Below, piece by piece: positions 24,414 through 38,156 of a DNA stretch of 64,000 bases. A program made the position numbers and the translations under genes. The notes beneath the pieces were generated by a model, which saw nothing but the letters and a program-made list of their open reading frames with translations, ran no database searches and was not told the origin of the DNA. The stretch lies in NCBI GenBank assembly GCA_965113315.1, contig OZ220368.1; one strand, given 5' to 3'. Every line of letters begins with the position of its first letter. Position 1 is the first letter of the stretch. Origin of the DNA: Podarcis vaucheri. Lineage: Eukaryota.

Positions 24414-24568
24414 TGATGATAGGTTCTCCTCTCTCCTCCGTCCTTGACTGTGCCGATTGATGAAGGACCGTGCAGAGAGTTTGTAGTGATTCAGCAGACA
24501 CGTGATGACGACCACCATGACCATCATCACCACCACAATTATGATTATCTGTACAAACTCCAACTCCG
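24414..24568 (-). CDS. PMEPA1: PMEPA1 coding exon 2 (155 nt; transmembrane segment)
   Basis: Translates to (x)[51 protein letters not shown], the PMEPA1 TM/juxtamembrane sequence (the paralog LDLRAD4 differs: VVVVTVMVVVIVC, RPNQSRRRE). Acceptor tttttcctgtag|CG (phase 1); donor TCA|gtaagt (phase 0). Confidence 0.97.
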
Positions 24569-24719
24569 CTACAGGAAAAAGGAGACAAGAAGGAGAGAGG
24601 AAAAAAAATGCTTATTTTGAGATCCTGGGAGGAAAAGGCACAAAATCAAGAAAAAGCTACTAAGTGATGCTGTGTCACAAAACAAGAGGAGAAGTGCAGG
24701 TGGCGCCAACATTTGCGGC

Positions 24720-24908
24720 AGGGCCATAGCTCTGTGGTAGAGCAAATGCTTTGGCACACACAAGATCTCAGGTTCGATCTCTGCCTTCTCTAGGCACGGC
24801 TGGGGAACACCCCTGTGCAAAATTCTGATGAGCCACTGCCAGTTACTGCAAGATGGAAATGAGCTACATGGATCAGTGTCTGGACTTGGCACAAGGAAGC
24901 ATCCTATG
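24720..24908 (+). mobile_element. tRNA-derived SINE (Squam2-like)
   Basis: A box (TAGCTCTGTGG) and B box (GGTTCGATCTC); 3' end ...ggaagcatcctatg. Confidence 0.65.
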
Positions 24909-27274
24909 GTGGAATTGGCTTTTGTCAACGCCTAGGCATCTGCTTAAAGGAAAAGAGTTGCAATGCAAAAGGGATACAAACACCAGCATCCATCTCTCCC
25001 AACCCAAAAATGGGTGTGCGACTCGTTGCCCATTTGCTCATTCATTTAAAACATGGGCTAAAACTGAAGTGGAGCCTAAAAATAAGAGCAGGTTGCAAAT
25101 CAAGACTGGGGTGGGTGGTGGTGGTTAATACTAACCACGTTACAACCTGACTCCAAGAAGATCCAGTCAGTTCAGTTTTGGTACAGTTATTCCATAGCCA
25201 GGCAAAAGAAAACTGAACACTTAAAACTAAATATGCCACAAACAAAAATTGCCCAAAACGCGTCAGCTGCACACTCCATGCCATCTCTAAAGTCAGCAGA
25301 TTTATAAGCCAGTTTCTTTACAACACACAAAAACCACTGTGACTAAGCAATGGGCATCTAGTAAGATGCGCACTGTGTTCTGTGGCCCCTAACTATTCTT
25401 CATAAGCTGCAACAATCTAGGCTGCCGAAAGCAGTGTCGGCATAGTACATGGCTTGTTAGAGCCCTACAGAGACTTGCCCTGGGCTCAATGGGGCAGTAG
25501 CAATCATTCAGCCAAACTGGTCTTGCATAGGCTCCTGCCTGCCAACGTGTAATTAATTTCTGTCAAAGGAAATGCATGGATTCGCATCATAAGCGAGGAC
25601 TCCAAAGAGCTCTGCTGGAGATTGTTATTTGTATGGAAGGTATGTGGAGGTCTCACACCGCCTCATGGGTACTCCAGTGCAAGAGAAAGCACCACAAATC
25701 TGCTGCCTGGATTGCAATGACAGGCAGGTGTCACTCTGTCTTCTGAAACAACTAGGAAACAAGGCAGGTGAGGAAGCAGGTCAGGTGTCCTCTGGCAACC
25801 ATCCTTCGCCTCACCTGAAGCAGTTGAGAGCACTTACTAGTTCATTTCCAAGCACCGCCAGGACATCAGGTAAAGAATTTTAAAAAGTAATTGGTCATCT
25901 GCAAGACTGTTGTCAAAAGGTGCCCCACCTTGGTGATTTTTGGAGACAACCCTGAGGAGACAGACCTACTCAGGAAGGAGAGTCCACTGAGGACATCTAA
26001 TATGAGAGCTCTCCAAAACCTGGGAGTTGGCAACGATCGTTGGCAAGTTAAAGGAAATTGCATATTGCCAGAAACTTGATTATAGGTGCTTTTGCAAGAC
26101 AAGCTGGAATGCAATCAGCAAAGGGCGCCATATTTGCTGCCAGAAGGAAAAGCCCACCTTTAATCTTTGCTCTGCTATCTGCTCTTACTGTAACACACCA
26201 GAACAAAAATAGTCCTTAAAAAAAGAAAAGGAAAACAGGTGTGCTTTGAATTGCTTCAACCTTGCTGCCTTACCAAAAAGCCAGTCCGCAGAAAGGTTTT
26301 TAAAATACCTCCCAGGGAAACATTGGGCAACCGCAATAAAGTTCCGAGAAACATACCTTGCACCCCCTTCTGATCCCCCCTCCGACTCCCCCCACCCTGC
26401 ATGGCATTTCTCAGTGACACAAACTTCCCATTGACGCCGAGCAAACCCATTGACTGATGCACAGCTGATAGAAACACACACAGACACACAAAGCGCGCAG
26501 GCTTTTCTTAACCTACGCTGATTCCAAACCATTCCCAGTGGCATCCGCATACCAGACTTCCAGACGTAATTTAATTCAGTGCTCAGTTCAGCCAGCTGGC
26601 AGTGGCAGCTTGAATGGCTTGAGTTGGCACAAAAGTGTATTGCACACAAAAAGGGGGTGGGGGTTGAGAAGAGGAAGAAATGCAATCCAAGCCACCAAAT
26701 AAACAAGAGCAAGCAACAACAGGCTACTAGTTAAAACTTCATTTGAGAAAGAGGGAGAGAGAGAAGGCAGCTTTCGTCAGGAATAGCTCCACGAGCTTGA
26801 GGATACAGTTCCCCACACTTTGCTTGGAGGGTGGCGTGGTTTTGGAAGGAATAGAATTTGATCCCAGAGACACAACACAGTCATTTGATAGAGACTATTA
26901 TTCCCAAACAGCTTAGCCTATGGAGAGATGTACGCTCCCAGGCAGACAGCACAGTGCCCCACTCCTGCATAGCTCGCTTTTCTGTCTGCCGGCCAAGAGA
27001 TTAAAGGGGGGGGGGAGCCGCAAGAGAAAAATGCTCACCTGTGCTTTGGGCAGAAAGGAGAAGCCAGCCTTTCCCTCATGGGCTACATTTGCCAGGCTTA
27101 GGAACTTTCTTGGAAAGAAATGGAGCCAAAAATTCATCAGGGCCAGGGCTCAGAATACAGATACTTAGGGAGACCCCTTATTACATTAAATAGGTAAATT
27201 TCCCTTGCATGCCCACTGCAAATCACCCCTCCCAGCCCAAACGTCTATTTGGACAGAAGTTGCAGGTGGGGGAC

Positions 27275-27276
<2 letters not shown>

Positions 27277-27311
<35 letters not shown>
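27277..27311. repeat. (AAT)n microsatellite
   Basis: Read directly from the sequence. Confidence 0.9.
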
Positions 27312-27312
<1 letters not shown>

Positions 27313-27528
27313 TGTGTGAAATTCAGATCTCCCCGTCTCACTTGTCTCTCCCACCAATAAACAGAATGGACGGCTTCTCCTGTCCCTGGACTTTGGGTGA
27401 GTTTTCCCCCTCTGTTATAAAGGGCTACTGACGGATACTTCACCCCTCTGCCTTGGCCAGCCCTGTGAACATCACAGCTTATCCCAGAGACTCAGGGCAG
27501 CTTGAAGGTGGTGGCCAGTAAGAGAATG

Positions 27529-27592
27529 CATCCATCCATCCATCCATCCATCCATCCGTCCGTCCGTCCGTTTGTCTGTCTGTCTGTCTACC
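27529..27592. repeat. Compound tetranucleotide repeat (CATC)n(CGTC)n(TGTC)n
   Basis: Read directly; probably the tail of an adjacent degraded retroposon. Confidence 0.85.
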
Positions 27593-28111
27593 TACTGATG
27601 TATAATAGCCCACCCTTCATCAAGTCCCAGGGTGGGTTAAAGCAACCCAAAAATCAATATTAAAAACAGTTAAAACAAACTGCAGTCACAGGAACAGAGT
27701 AATGGATAAATTTCGTCCCACTTGGTGTATTTTTATCCAGGGGAACATCAAGTGCCTTCTACCTACACTTATGCGAGCTCAGGTGTAAGAGAATAATAGC
27801 GCTGAACTTTACCATTTTCTTGCTTGGGAAACTAGGAGGGTGGGGTGGCTTGTGAGATGCAGTGCTTAAATCACGGGATGGAGGAGGAAGAAATGGCCTG
27901 GTCCTTTTTCTGGGATCTGGCTAAAAAATGATGAAAGGGGTTTGTGGGATGAATTCGTGGGCTCCCTGGATGGCTTATTAAAAGAGGATCAGACAAATTT
28001 ACGGGGCATAAGGCTATATCCATGGCTACTAAGCATGATGGCTATGCTCTGCCTCCACTCCATCTCATTATTAGATGAGATTGTGTCACACATGTTCTGG
28101 CACACATAAGC

Positions 28112-28377
28112 TAGAGTTGCCATACGTCAGGAATTTCCCGGGATTTCAATGGCAGAATTAGCTTCCGGGGGATTTTGGGGGGAAAATCGGCAAAATGTCC
28201 GGGGGTTTTGCCCACTGAACAAGGAAGTGTGTGTTAGAATATCACTCTTTGCTCTCCTTTGGGGCGGGGGCCAATTCCCCTCAAAAGCTCAAAACTATGA
28301 TGCCGATTCCCCCCCCCCAAGAAAAGCCAAATAACTTTTGTTTCTGGATTTTTACTTCTTGAAATATGGCAACCCTA
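28112..28377. mobile_element. hAT (Blackjack/Tip100-like) MITE
   Basis: TIRs TAGAGTTGCCATA / TATGGCAACCCTA. Flanking direct repeat CATAAGC (ACATAAGC if the terminal A is counted). Confidence 0.85.
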
Positions 28378-28732
28378 CATAAGCACGCCCAGAGAGCACA
28401 CTTCCTCTTCAAGTCACTGAGTCACTGCAGCCAGTTGCCATGCAGTGGGGATTTAGAGAGCCAGGTGTTTAGAAGATTTGAAACCTGGAGGCTGGGTGTG
28501 TCTTAAACAGGTAAGGAGAAATCGGGATGGGGTGGCGAGGAGCACTTTTTGAGAAGGCATTGAACACCACTGCAGACTGTTTTTATCCGAAACTATGTTC
28601 ACAGACAAGCAGCCATGGAAACAATTCTTTAAAAAGAGGGGGGGGGGAGAAGACGGGGGTTCTTCTCTCCAAAATCTGCTCTGAGTTCCAGTGGTGGAAG
28701 AGCAAGCCCTTGGATCGGGTAGTTGGGAGGGA

Positions 28733-28786
28733 GACTAGATGACTCTAAGGGTCCCTTGCAAATCTATAGTTCTATGATTCTATAAT
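28733..28786 (+). mobile_element. CR1 LINE 3'-terminal fragment
   Basis: gactagatgac...ggtcccttgcaa...ttctatgattctat, the CR1 3' hairpin plus ATTCTRTG octamer tail. Confidence 0.7.
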
Positions 28787-29723
28787 TTCTTTTATGCAAT
28801 TGGTTGCTAAGTGCTGAATTTAGTGGGATGGGAGGGAGGGAAGGGATAAGATGATTGGTGAGAGTTCCTTCTGGCTTCCACACGTGGTTCAGCGCCAGCA
28901 TAAGCAAACAAAATATGAGGCAAGCCACCCAGTCCTGCCAGTTACCTTGGAGCAGAGTCTGCAGAGTCGCAGCTGATCCGCCAGCCACTAGATATTCCCT
29001 GAAGTATTACATTTCCTGTATTTCTTCCCAAGGGTGCCCCAAATAACTTCTATAACCACGAACCAGACCCTTGTAAAAACTTTTATTTGCTTGCTTAACT
29101 TTGAATTAATTAGTTTGGGTTCAACAATATTCCCTGATCTGGCCTTGTCAGCTGAATGTGGTGTGTGGGGGGGGGGGGAGAGAGAGAGAAGTGGAGGGGG
29201 AGGATATGATATTTTATGATATGAATTTATTTATTTACAACCTGCTTTCCGTATCATAGCATACACCTCAAATCAGCTTGCAAATTAGAACAATAAAACA
29301 GCAACTGTATAAAAACCATGATCTCCCATAACCAGTTTCAGCAATAAAACAACTTTTTTAAAAAATACACAATGCAATGGGCCAAATAAAAAGAAATGAA
29401 AGAATAAAGACTCGAGCTGCAGCGATGTGCTCAGTTTGTGGGGTTCAGGCCACCCAGCTGTGTGGTGTAGTGGTAAGAGCACTGGCGGGCAACCTGAAAC
29501 CCCTCAACCTAATTTCTTGAACCTCCAGCAGCCTCTGGGGACTGGTGGACAAATCTACCACTGGTTTTGGCCCTACAGTTATTAACATATGGCCCTCCAC
29601 AGATTACCCCACAGAAGAATGTGGTCCTTGGTTAAAGTGTCAAGCTTAGTAGGACTGTGGAGACCCAGTTTCAAACCAGCCTTAAAGCCCATTGGGTGAT
29701 GTGGGGCCAGTTGCTGTCTTACT

Positions 29724-29965
29724 AATACTACTACTACTACTAATAGTACCCCGCCCATCTGTCTGGGTTGCCCCAGCCACTCTGGGCGACTTCCATAATA
29801 AAACATTAAAACATTGTAAACTTCTCTCTACAGGTGTCTTCTAATGGCTATATAGTTTTTTTATCTCCTTGACATCTGCTGGGAGGGCGTTCCACAGGGC
29901 AGGCGCCACTACTGAGAAGGCCCTTTGCCTCACTTCTCGCAATGAGGGGAAGCTCTGGAAGGTGC
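29724..29965 (-). mobile_element. L2-clade LINE 3' fragment
   Basis: Minus frame ...RAFSVVAPALWNALP... (typical L2 ORF2 end) followed by 3'UTR and a microsatellite tail. Confidence 0.75.
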
Positions 29966-32842
29966 TTGGAGCTAGATTCCTACCTCTCAGGGTTGTTGTG
30001 AGGATAAAACCATGTTTGGAGGGGGAATCATGCACACTGCCTTAAGCTCCTAGGAGAATAAACAAGCAAGCCTGGCTACCAGGAACAAGGGACGGGGTGT
30101 GTGTGTGGGGGTGGCTTATATGAGACTTACAAAACAAAACAAAAAAGGGGGCAGATTTGAGCAAAACGTGCATTTGTCGATTTGTATGTATATGCAGCAC
30201 AATCCATCCCGCCACAGTGAGGAAAGACTCTGAGCAGTTCAGGTAGCTCCATCTGTTGCCCAGGTACTACCAGGTGATCTGTGGCAAGTTGAAGGGCTCT
30301 GCTCCCCCTTCCCAAGTCTAAAGCAAAATAGTTGCACTATTTTTACGGACCTCTGATGTATTCTCACTGTGAAAGGAAGTCGATGGGGATGGTGGTGGAG
30401 CAGAATTCCTACCCATCTCATTGTGGTTGGTAGTGATACCTTCCTACTTGCCCAGTGGCTGGGGCCACAACAAGTACTAAATGGGGCTGGGCATCCTCAG
30501 ATTTTGGCCTGGGTATGGGGGCCTGAGCAGGTCTCAGACACACCTTGAACTGCATTTGGGAATCATTAGGAAGCTAGCACAGCCGCTGAATAAAAAGAAA
30601 AGGGTGTGTGTGATACTTCTGCCACCTTCTGCCAGCAGCCAGCCCCCAAAATTTGACGCCAGTCTTCAAGGGCAGCCCCACGTGGAAAGCACTACAGCAA
30701 TCAACCCTGCGGATTACTCAACCAAGGTTCTTGATGACAGTGTCCTTGTTCTCTGGAAGGGAAGGTTGCTAGTCAATACGTCAAACGCAACCGACAAAAC
30801 TCGTCCTTCGCCAAAACCCTTGAACTCAGAAAACCTACAACAAACCCGAGAGGCACTTTACTTAAAGAAGAAAATCAGTAAGAAAAATGGCCAGCAACTG
30901 GGTACTGTGCCATGTTCCCCGTCGTTCCTCTGCACCCATCCTTTCCAAATTTTGTGGGGTGGCTTGCCCTTTCCCACATTACCCCCCCACTAAACAAACA
31001 AACAAAAAAGATGAATAAGCACAACCTTAACGCACCACACACATCAACTCAGCCTTATTTACCATTTTCCACAATGCCTTCAACATCTATGAGAGCAATC
31101 GCTGCCAGCGAGAGTTTCATTGGAACCAAAAATTTTTAGTGGGGGCTGGAGGATAGAAATTTACCCGGCAACAGTATCCAAACTCTCCTCTCTGGGTCCC
31201 TGCTGCTTCCCACTCTTGCTGGCTTTTGGTGCTTGAAGCAGAAAGGGAGAGAAAAAAGCACCAGTCTCCATTCAGCGAGCGCAGAGCGTGCATATATATA
31301 TATATGTATGTATATATAAATACACACACAAACATATATATGGTGTGCATATTGTCCCAACCATCTCAATCCTCACCACAGGGAATTGTCTAGAGAGCCT
31401 GTAAATAAACAGAGGCCTTTAAATCCCCCCCCCAAAAAAAGAGGGGTGGAAGAGAGGAGCAGGGGGGTTTTTCTTTGTATTGTAATGAGATACATGTCCA
31501 GAAAAAAATGTGGCTCTGAGGAGGTTGGGGCAGCGGGGGCGAGGGGAGAAGGGTAGCAACAAAGGCCTGTCAGATGCAGGGCCCTCCACCTCATTTGAAT
31601 GTTGGGGGGGGGGCGAGAAAGGGGGCATTCAAGGGCTCCCTTTGTAAAGAAAGCCTTCCCCGCACAACCAGGAGGTGGGAGGTGGGGGAAACAGGAGGCG
31701 CTGGGCACTTTTTGTTTGGCTGCAGCCATAAGGGGTTAAAGGTAAGAGCAGCCCGGCTTGGGGGGGGGGGCGCAATCCTCTTGTCCTTGTGTTAACTGCT
31801 TTCACCCTGGGTACGGTTGGCTGAATCCTAGACAGCTTTAAGCACTCTGGCAGACAGACAAGGGAGCCTCAAGGGTGGAGTTCAAGCAGGCAGCTTTTGA
31901 CAGTCACATCACGAGCCGCTCTGCGGTGGGAGAGTCGCAGGGGGCCCGGGAGAAGTTCACAGAGGAGCCCATGGAATTGCTCGCCTCCCCCCCCCCTGCC
32001 CACCCCAAGCCCCGTCCTGCACAACCCCTGCCCCGCAATCTTCCTCCCTGCACCAGCCCTGTTTTAGGAGCGCTCGTCTTCCAGAGCAGAAAACGGTTCC
32101 CACCGATGCAATTTTGCGCAGCGCATGTGTGGACGTGGGGCTGGAGGCAGCCAGTGTGCGTGAGAGAGAGTGAGGGGGGAGTCTGCGTTTAAAGATTTAC
32201 CGCAGGGCAGAAAATGCCCCTCCAAAAGGCATTCTTTCTGCCCTGCTTCCACAAAAGCGCCTGTTTTGTTCATTCGTTTGATGACATTTGCAACGCCGTA
32301 CATGTGATTTGTACATTACCTTGAGTGTCTCTCTCTCTTTTTAATGTCAAAAAGAAAGTCAAGGGAAACAAAAGAGGGGAGAGGAGAACTAAGCTAATTT
32401 CAGATGCATATTCCCAGGTATTCCCCCCACAAAACATTTGTCAGCGTTAGTAAGAGCAATATGTGCCTTATGAAAGAGAATAAGCAATGTCAATATAAGT
32501 TGATTATTGGGACCCAGCTGCTGGGAAGTCCCACAGCTTGAATGTACATTTCCCTAGAATCTGGAAATGAGGTGGGAATACACAAATATTGGTTTGTTTC
32601 TCTCTCTCTATTTTTTTCTGCCAGGACCCCCCAAAACTCTTCTGAATCCCTTCTTAAGGTCCCATTTCCATCTGATTCCCAGACAGGGACTTTTCAGTGA
32701 TGGTGCCCCATCCTCAGGAAGGTTCACCTAGCACCAACTTATTGTTTGGGCACTAGGTGAAGATGGTTTGGGGGTTTTGTTTTGGTTTTTTTGGTCAAGA
32801 AATTTTAGGTATTTTGATATTGTCCAATCTGACTAGTATGTT

Positions 32843-32849
<7 letters not shown>

Positions 32850-32887
<38 letters not shown>
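32850..32887. repeat. (GT)n microsatellite
   Basis: Read directly from the sequence. Confidence 0.9.
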
Positions 32888-32889
<2 letters not shown>

Positions 32890-34185
32890 CAAAGAGTGTT
32901 TTTAACATTGTTAAAATGCCCTGCTGTTCTTTTGTTTTACCGAGGTGGTTATTGTTTTGGAATTGTTGGTTTAAATATTTAGCTGCCCTAGAAACTCTCT
33001 TTAGAGTTAAAAGATCAGAGTAGAAATGTTGGCAAATGAATTAATAAAATCACATAGTCAGATAATTGCTGTGATTTTATACAGGAGCACGTAATGCAAA
33101 AGCCATTAAATCAGACGGCAAAACAAACATACTACCAGCTAATCAATCAGTTTATTAAAAGGTCATTAAATCATCTTAATGGTACAGAAAGATGTCGCTT
33201 GCCCAGCCCTATCATACAAGGAGGCACCTTGAAGATCCAGGTGGCTTGGGAGCTTTGATAAGCATCACACCCATAACCTTGGGTGATCAAGTTTCTATCC
33301 CTGAGTTATCATTGGGTATCTGTCCCCTTCACTTCTTCTTCCTTCCATTTGACTGGGGTTATGCAATTGTCATGCAACCAGGGAGAAGGGGTTCATTTTC
33401 TATAACCAATCAACATCTTATGCATCAATAGCTTTTAACTCACACGCACAGGTGAGCTTCATCAGAAGATGAGAACTCGCAGGAGGAGGCCAGGCACCTT
33501 CCCGCCCCCCCCCCCAAGTGATCCTCTAGCTCCACCTCTATAATTTAGAATCAGTGCAAATACAGAGCAGGAATATTGATGCCTTTGCAGGAATATTGAT
33601 ACAAGAGGCCCTTCTCACTTGGATAGAGTGGTACATGAAAGCTTAAGGAGCTCATGGATATATTTTCTTGCAATTCATGTTCACAAAGTATTGTTTTTGA
33701 GAAGGCGTAAAGAGGAGTTGAATTCACTGGGTCAATTCAGTCCGCTAGTCAGACCTGTTTGGGGAGAGGAACCCCTCAAAATCTAATCTCTGATCAATAT
33801 ATTACTACTATAGAAGTGCTAGTAACCCTATAACAGTGCGTCCCCCCAAAAATCATTTGAGGAACAGAAACAAACTACACAGATTTACCATTCTGCTCAT
33901 GCCTATTTATGTATTTTTCGTATATATGCATTTTGTATTTGACTTCCTAATCATTGTCACTTTTCAATTAGAGGAGACCTCATTCCATTTTTCCCCCTTT
34001 GTAATTCTCCCCAGGGAAGAGTGATGGATGCACCAAGCTTTACGCGACGGACAAATGTGGCTTCGAAATGCAAAGTAAGGTCACACTAATTTAATTTAGC
34101 ATAATTTTTTTTACTCCTGCATATATTTCAGAGGCAGGTTCAGACACTGTGTTGGAGTGACACAACCTGCTTCTTTGTATTTTCT

Positions 34186-34193
34186 GTCTAGAC
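34186..34193. promoter_or_regulatory. Palindromic SMAD-binding element GTCTAGAC
   Basis: Exact consensus in tGTCTAGACa, with CAGAC half-sites at 34141 and 34199. PMEPA1 is an established TGF-beta/SMAD target. Confidence 0.5.
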
Positions 34194-34273
34194 AAACACA
34201 GACGCTTTGGGAATCTGGGCAGCGTGAACAGGGAGCAATGCATAGATTGCTTTTACAGATAAATATCCCCACT

Positions 34274-34275
<2 letters not shown>

Positions 34276-34311
<36 letters not shown>
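34276..34311. repeat. (CA)n microsatellite
   Basis: Read directly from the sequence. Confidence 0.9.
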
Positions 34312-34313
<2 letters not shown>

Positions 34314-35204
34314 TCCCATAATCGCTATCAGTTTCAAGGACTGAGTGAAAACTTAGTGACAGGTCACTGAGGGTTGTCAGCAAGCCTACAAATTGTCTCA
34401 GGAGTTTTGTTTTTTGTTTTTTTGCAATAGCCAGTTTTCTCAATTATGGCTCCAAACCATATTCTAGTGGGACTTGATGCGGCCTTTTGCGGAAAATGTT
34501 CTTGCCTAACAGCAGAGCATACCGAGCACAACTCCAGTGGTGTGTTGGGTAGAATGATGAAAGAGCCAGTGCACAAACGAAACACCGCAGGTGTGCATGA
34601 CTCAAGTTTACAAAAATTATTAATGGAAAAAATAATAATAACTAGCACTAGCCCTATTCAGTTGTTCTGCACTCTCAAACCCATGCAGAAATGGTTGAAC
34701 GAAGGGGGGAAATGGAGACCAACTCATTGGACTGTCTCCATCCTAGGAGCCCCTTCTGCAGTCCCACAGCCCTCCATTTACTGGTGGCTGTGGAAGGAAG
34801 CCTGCTGAACTCAAGTAGGATCTCTGCATGATTAAAGAACCCCGAACCTCCAGGCTTTAAAATAATGCGGGAAGTCTCCTCGAGTAGAAAAAGGCTTTGC
34901 ACTACAGAAGGTCAGTTGGAATGGCGATGGGGATGTGTGGAAGAGGGCAGGGCCTGACAGCTCTGTCTCTCTGTGTGTCTCTGCATTTGTGCGTAGGGGA
35001 TGCAGTGCAAACTGAATGGGACTGAAATGGATTTGCTCTCCAAAAATCCCCTTTGTGGATTCTGGCAGCAAATGTTACCTGGATATACTCCTGGCTTATG
35101 GCAGGGATGGGAAACCTCAGGCCCTGCCGATTAATACACTTCTCTGTCTCATCTTTAAGACTCTTCCTAGGCTGCCCCTAAAGAATAAATTATTATTATG
35201 GCCC

Positions 35205-35296
35205 TGTTTAGGGAAGTTTTTAATGTATGATGCTGTATTGTATTTAATATTCGGTTGGAAGCCGACCAGATGGGTGGGGTATAAATAAATAAATAA

Positions 35297-35347
<51 letters not shown>
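35205..35347 (+). mobile_element. L2-type 3' tail with (TAAA)n/(TTA)n
   Basis: ggaag...ccagatgggtggggtataaataaa matches the reverse complement of the element end at 29724. Confidence 0.6.
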
Positions 35348-36066
35348 TTATTGCTTGGCACTCTCTTTGAGCACCTGTCCTTGAACTCCAGAGATACTTC
35401 TTTGCTTGCCTGGATAGACATGTGCAAAGGGGACTAGCTCACCCTATAAAGGTTAAAGCATTCCCTTTTGTTGCTCTGCTTGTTGTTGCCTCTGGCCTGC
35501 CCACTATGTGGCCCCCTGAAAGGCAGGCCATAAGGGCAATGTGGCCCTTGGTTTATGGGTATCAGCTGGGAACTGCCACTTAACATTAGCACTTGGCACA
35601 CAAAATATCCCAGAATTGAAACAAACTTTTGTTTTGAGGGCAGTCTACATCTGGTAAGATTCCGAGAGCTGACATGCAGAAAGGAGCCAACATTTGATGG
35701 TATTTAACATCTCAACAGTATTGACAGTATCGAACAGTGGATATGCTGCAGCAGACAGAATTTTTCGTCGTATATTTATAACGTCACAACCGCTGTTTAA
35801 CTGTACAGTATCTCGTAAGAGGACTTGCAAAAACCACATAGTTACTCTAACTCAGTTTGACAAACCAGGGAACGTTCACTGAATCGGCACAATAGCATGG
35901 AAAATGCCCCCCCCCCCAGTGTTATCAATTCTATTTTGGTGAATTTTGGCAAAGATTAGGAAACGAAACCTATTATTTCACATTTTGAGAATTTGATTTT
36001 TATTATTTAAAAAATGTCTTAGAATATAATCTCAGGTTTTTTTATTCTAGAATTTTTGGAAACTTT

Positions 36067-36322
36067 GGAGAGAGCCAGTGTGGTGTAGTGGTTCAGAGCG
36101 GTAGTCTCGTAATCTGGGGAACCGGGTTCGATTCCCCGCTCCTCCACATGCAGCTGCTGGGTGACCTTGGGCCAGTCACACTTCTTTGAAGTCTCTCAGC
36201 CCCACTCACCTCACAGAGTGTTTGTTGTGGGGGAGGAAGGGAAAGGAGAATGTTAGCCGCTTTGAGACTCCTGAAGGGGAGTGAAAGGCGGGATATCAAA
36301 TCCAAACTCTTCTTCTTCTTCT
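36067..36322 (+). mobile_element. tRNA-derived SINE (Squam3-like, (CTT)n tail), full-length
   Basis: A box TGGTGTAGTGG, B box GGTTCGATTCC, CORE-like gggtgaccttgggccagtcac, tail (CTT)n. Confidence 0.85.
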
Positions 36323-37528
36323 ATTCTTGCACATAAGAAGTTTTGTGGACCATTTCATGGTCCTTTGGAAGAGAAGCAAGAGTAGCTACATTTCAAATTC
36401 TGGAGATCATTACCATGTTTCAGTATTCGAGCTACATACTGGAAGGGAATGGTTTGTTTAAATGCTAGCTCCCTTAATTACTTCGAAAATAAATAAATAA
36501 CCAGGGGGTTTCTGGAAACCCAGAGAAACCCAAACTTCCTAGAAGCCTGTGCACTCTTCCATGAACCATCTTTTTTTTTAAAAAAAAAGCAAGCAAAAAA
36601 AAGAGCGGTGCCCTACTAAATCTCTCTCCTCCCTCTTCTCTCAGACACACACCCTTACTGGCTAGCAACCAAATATGTGCAAGACACATCCATGTCTGGA
36701 CTCCTGGCTGCCCACAAAGATATGAGGGAGGGGGGGAGTGTCTCAAATTTATGAAAATCTAATCTTGTTAGTCAATGCAATCTGTGTGACAAGGCAGAGC
36801 GAAACTCATTGTCATTCTCACCAGCAACCCCCATGCGGCTGACTTGCACCGGGCATGCAATTTCATTTATCTCTGCTCCAAGCGCAAGCCTGGCCAAGGT
36901 TTCCTCCTGATTTGAATGAAGACCTGCTTCTTTAGAATCACAAGCCAAATTGAAGCAGACATTTAAAGGAATAACTTTGCAAGGGGGAGCCAGGCGCTTT
37001 CAAATGCTGTAGCCATCGAGCATTCGTAGACATAAAGAATGGACAAAATTTGTTTCTCTCTCTCTCAAATATTACTTCTCGCCCTTCGTATAAGGAACTT
37101 GGGAAGGGGAGTTCCGCAGCCCTACTCAAGAGATGCCAGGAATTGAATCTGGGACCGTCTACAGCAGCTGCTTTAAGTCTGAGCCACAGTTCTCTCCACA
37201 GCACGATGGGAATATGGGTCAGAACCCAGCCCAGGTCTCCCTGATCCAAGAACTTCAGCCATTTTCAGGCTGTTCAGGAAGAATTAGTACATATGTGTGT
37301 CTGTGGTTATGGGAGGATTTCAGTAGCAGTCTCACCACCAACTTATACAGATCCATTATAATATTTCAGATATACAGGGCAGCCTACAGCCATCCTAATG
37401 GACACAGCTAGCTCAGGAGCAGATCCTGTCACTCCTTTCATTCCCTGCAAATGAACAAACTGAAAAGGCCTCCACACCACACAGGCACTCAGTCATAGCA
37501 CATCAACCGAGAAGGGAGCATGCACATA

Positions 37529-37863
37529 CAGTGGTGCCCCGCAAGACGAATGCCTCGCAAGACGGAAAACTCACTAGACGAAAGAGTTTTCCGTTTTGGA
37601 GGTGCTTCGCAAAACGAATTTCCTATGGGCTTGCTTCGCAAGACGACAATGTCTTGCGAGTTCCTGCTGGTTTTTTCCCTCCCCCCCTTTTTCTAAGCCC
37701 CTAAGCCGCTTATCAGCTGATCCGATCAGCATATAAGCCGCTAAAAGCCGCTAAAAGCTGCTAATAGCTCTAATCCGTCAATGGGCTTGCTTCGCAAGAC
37801 GAAAAAACCGCTAGACGAAGAGAATCACAGAACGGATTCTTTTCGTCTTGCGAGGCACCACTG
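37529..37863. mobile_element. Tc1/mariner-type MITE, family B
   Basis: TA|CAGTGGTGCCCCGCAAGACGAA...TTCGTCTTGCGAGGCACCACTG|TA, with repeated CGCAAGACG motifs. Confidence 0.9.
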
Positions 37864-37929
37864 TATAAGTTTTTTGCTATTTTATCGCACCTGCAAGAGT
37901 ACGCAATAATGGGATCGGGCTTGCATGTA

Positions 37930-38156
37930 CAGTGGTACCTTGGGTTACAGATGCTTCAGGTTACAGACGCTTCAGGTTACAGACTCCGCTAACCCAGAAA
38001 TAGTACCTCGGGTTAAGAACTTTGCTTCAGGATGAGAACAGAAATCGCGCGGCAGCAGCGGGAGGCCCCATTAGCTAAAGTGGTACCTCAGGTTAAGAAC
38101 AGTTTCAGGTTAAGAACGGACCTCCGGAATTAAGTTCTTAACCAGAGGTACCACTG
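37930..38156. mobile_element. Tc1/mariner-type MITE, family A
   Basis: TA|CAGTGGTACCT...AGGTACCACTG|TA. Confidence 0.92.

Noticed and set aside
17608-24568. Assignment to the paralog LDLRAD4 (C18orf1)
   Set aside because: Diagnostic residues ([43 protein letters not shown]) are PMEPA1-type.
36067-36140. tRNA gene
   Set aside because: The A and B boxes belong to a SINE head followed by a SINE body and tail; no proper cloverleaf.
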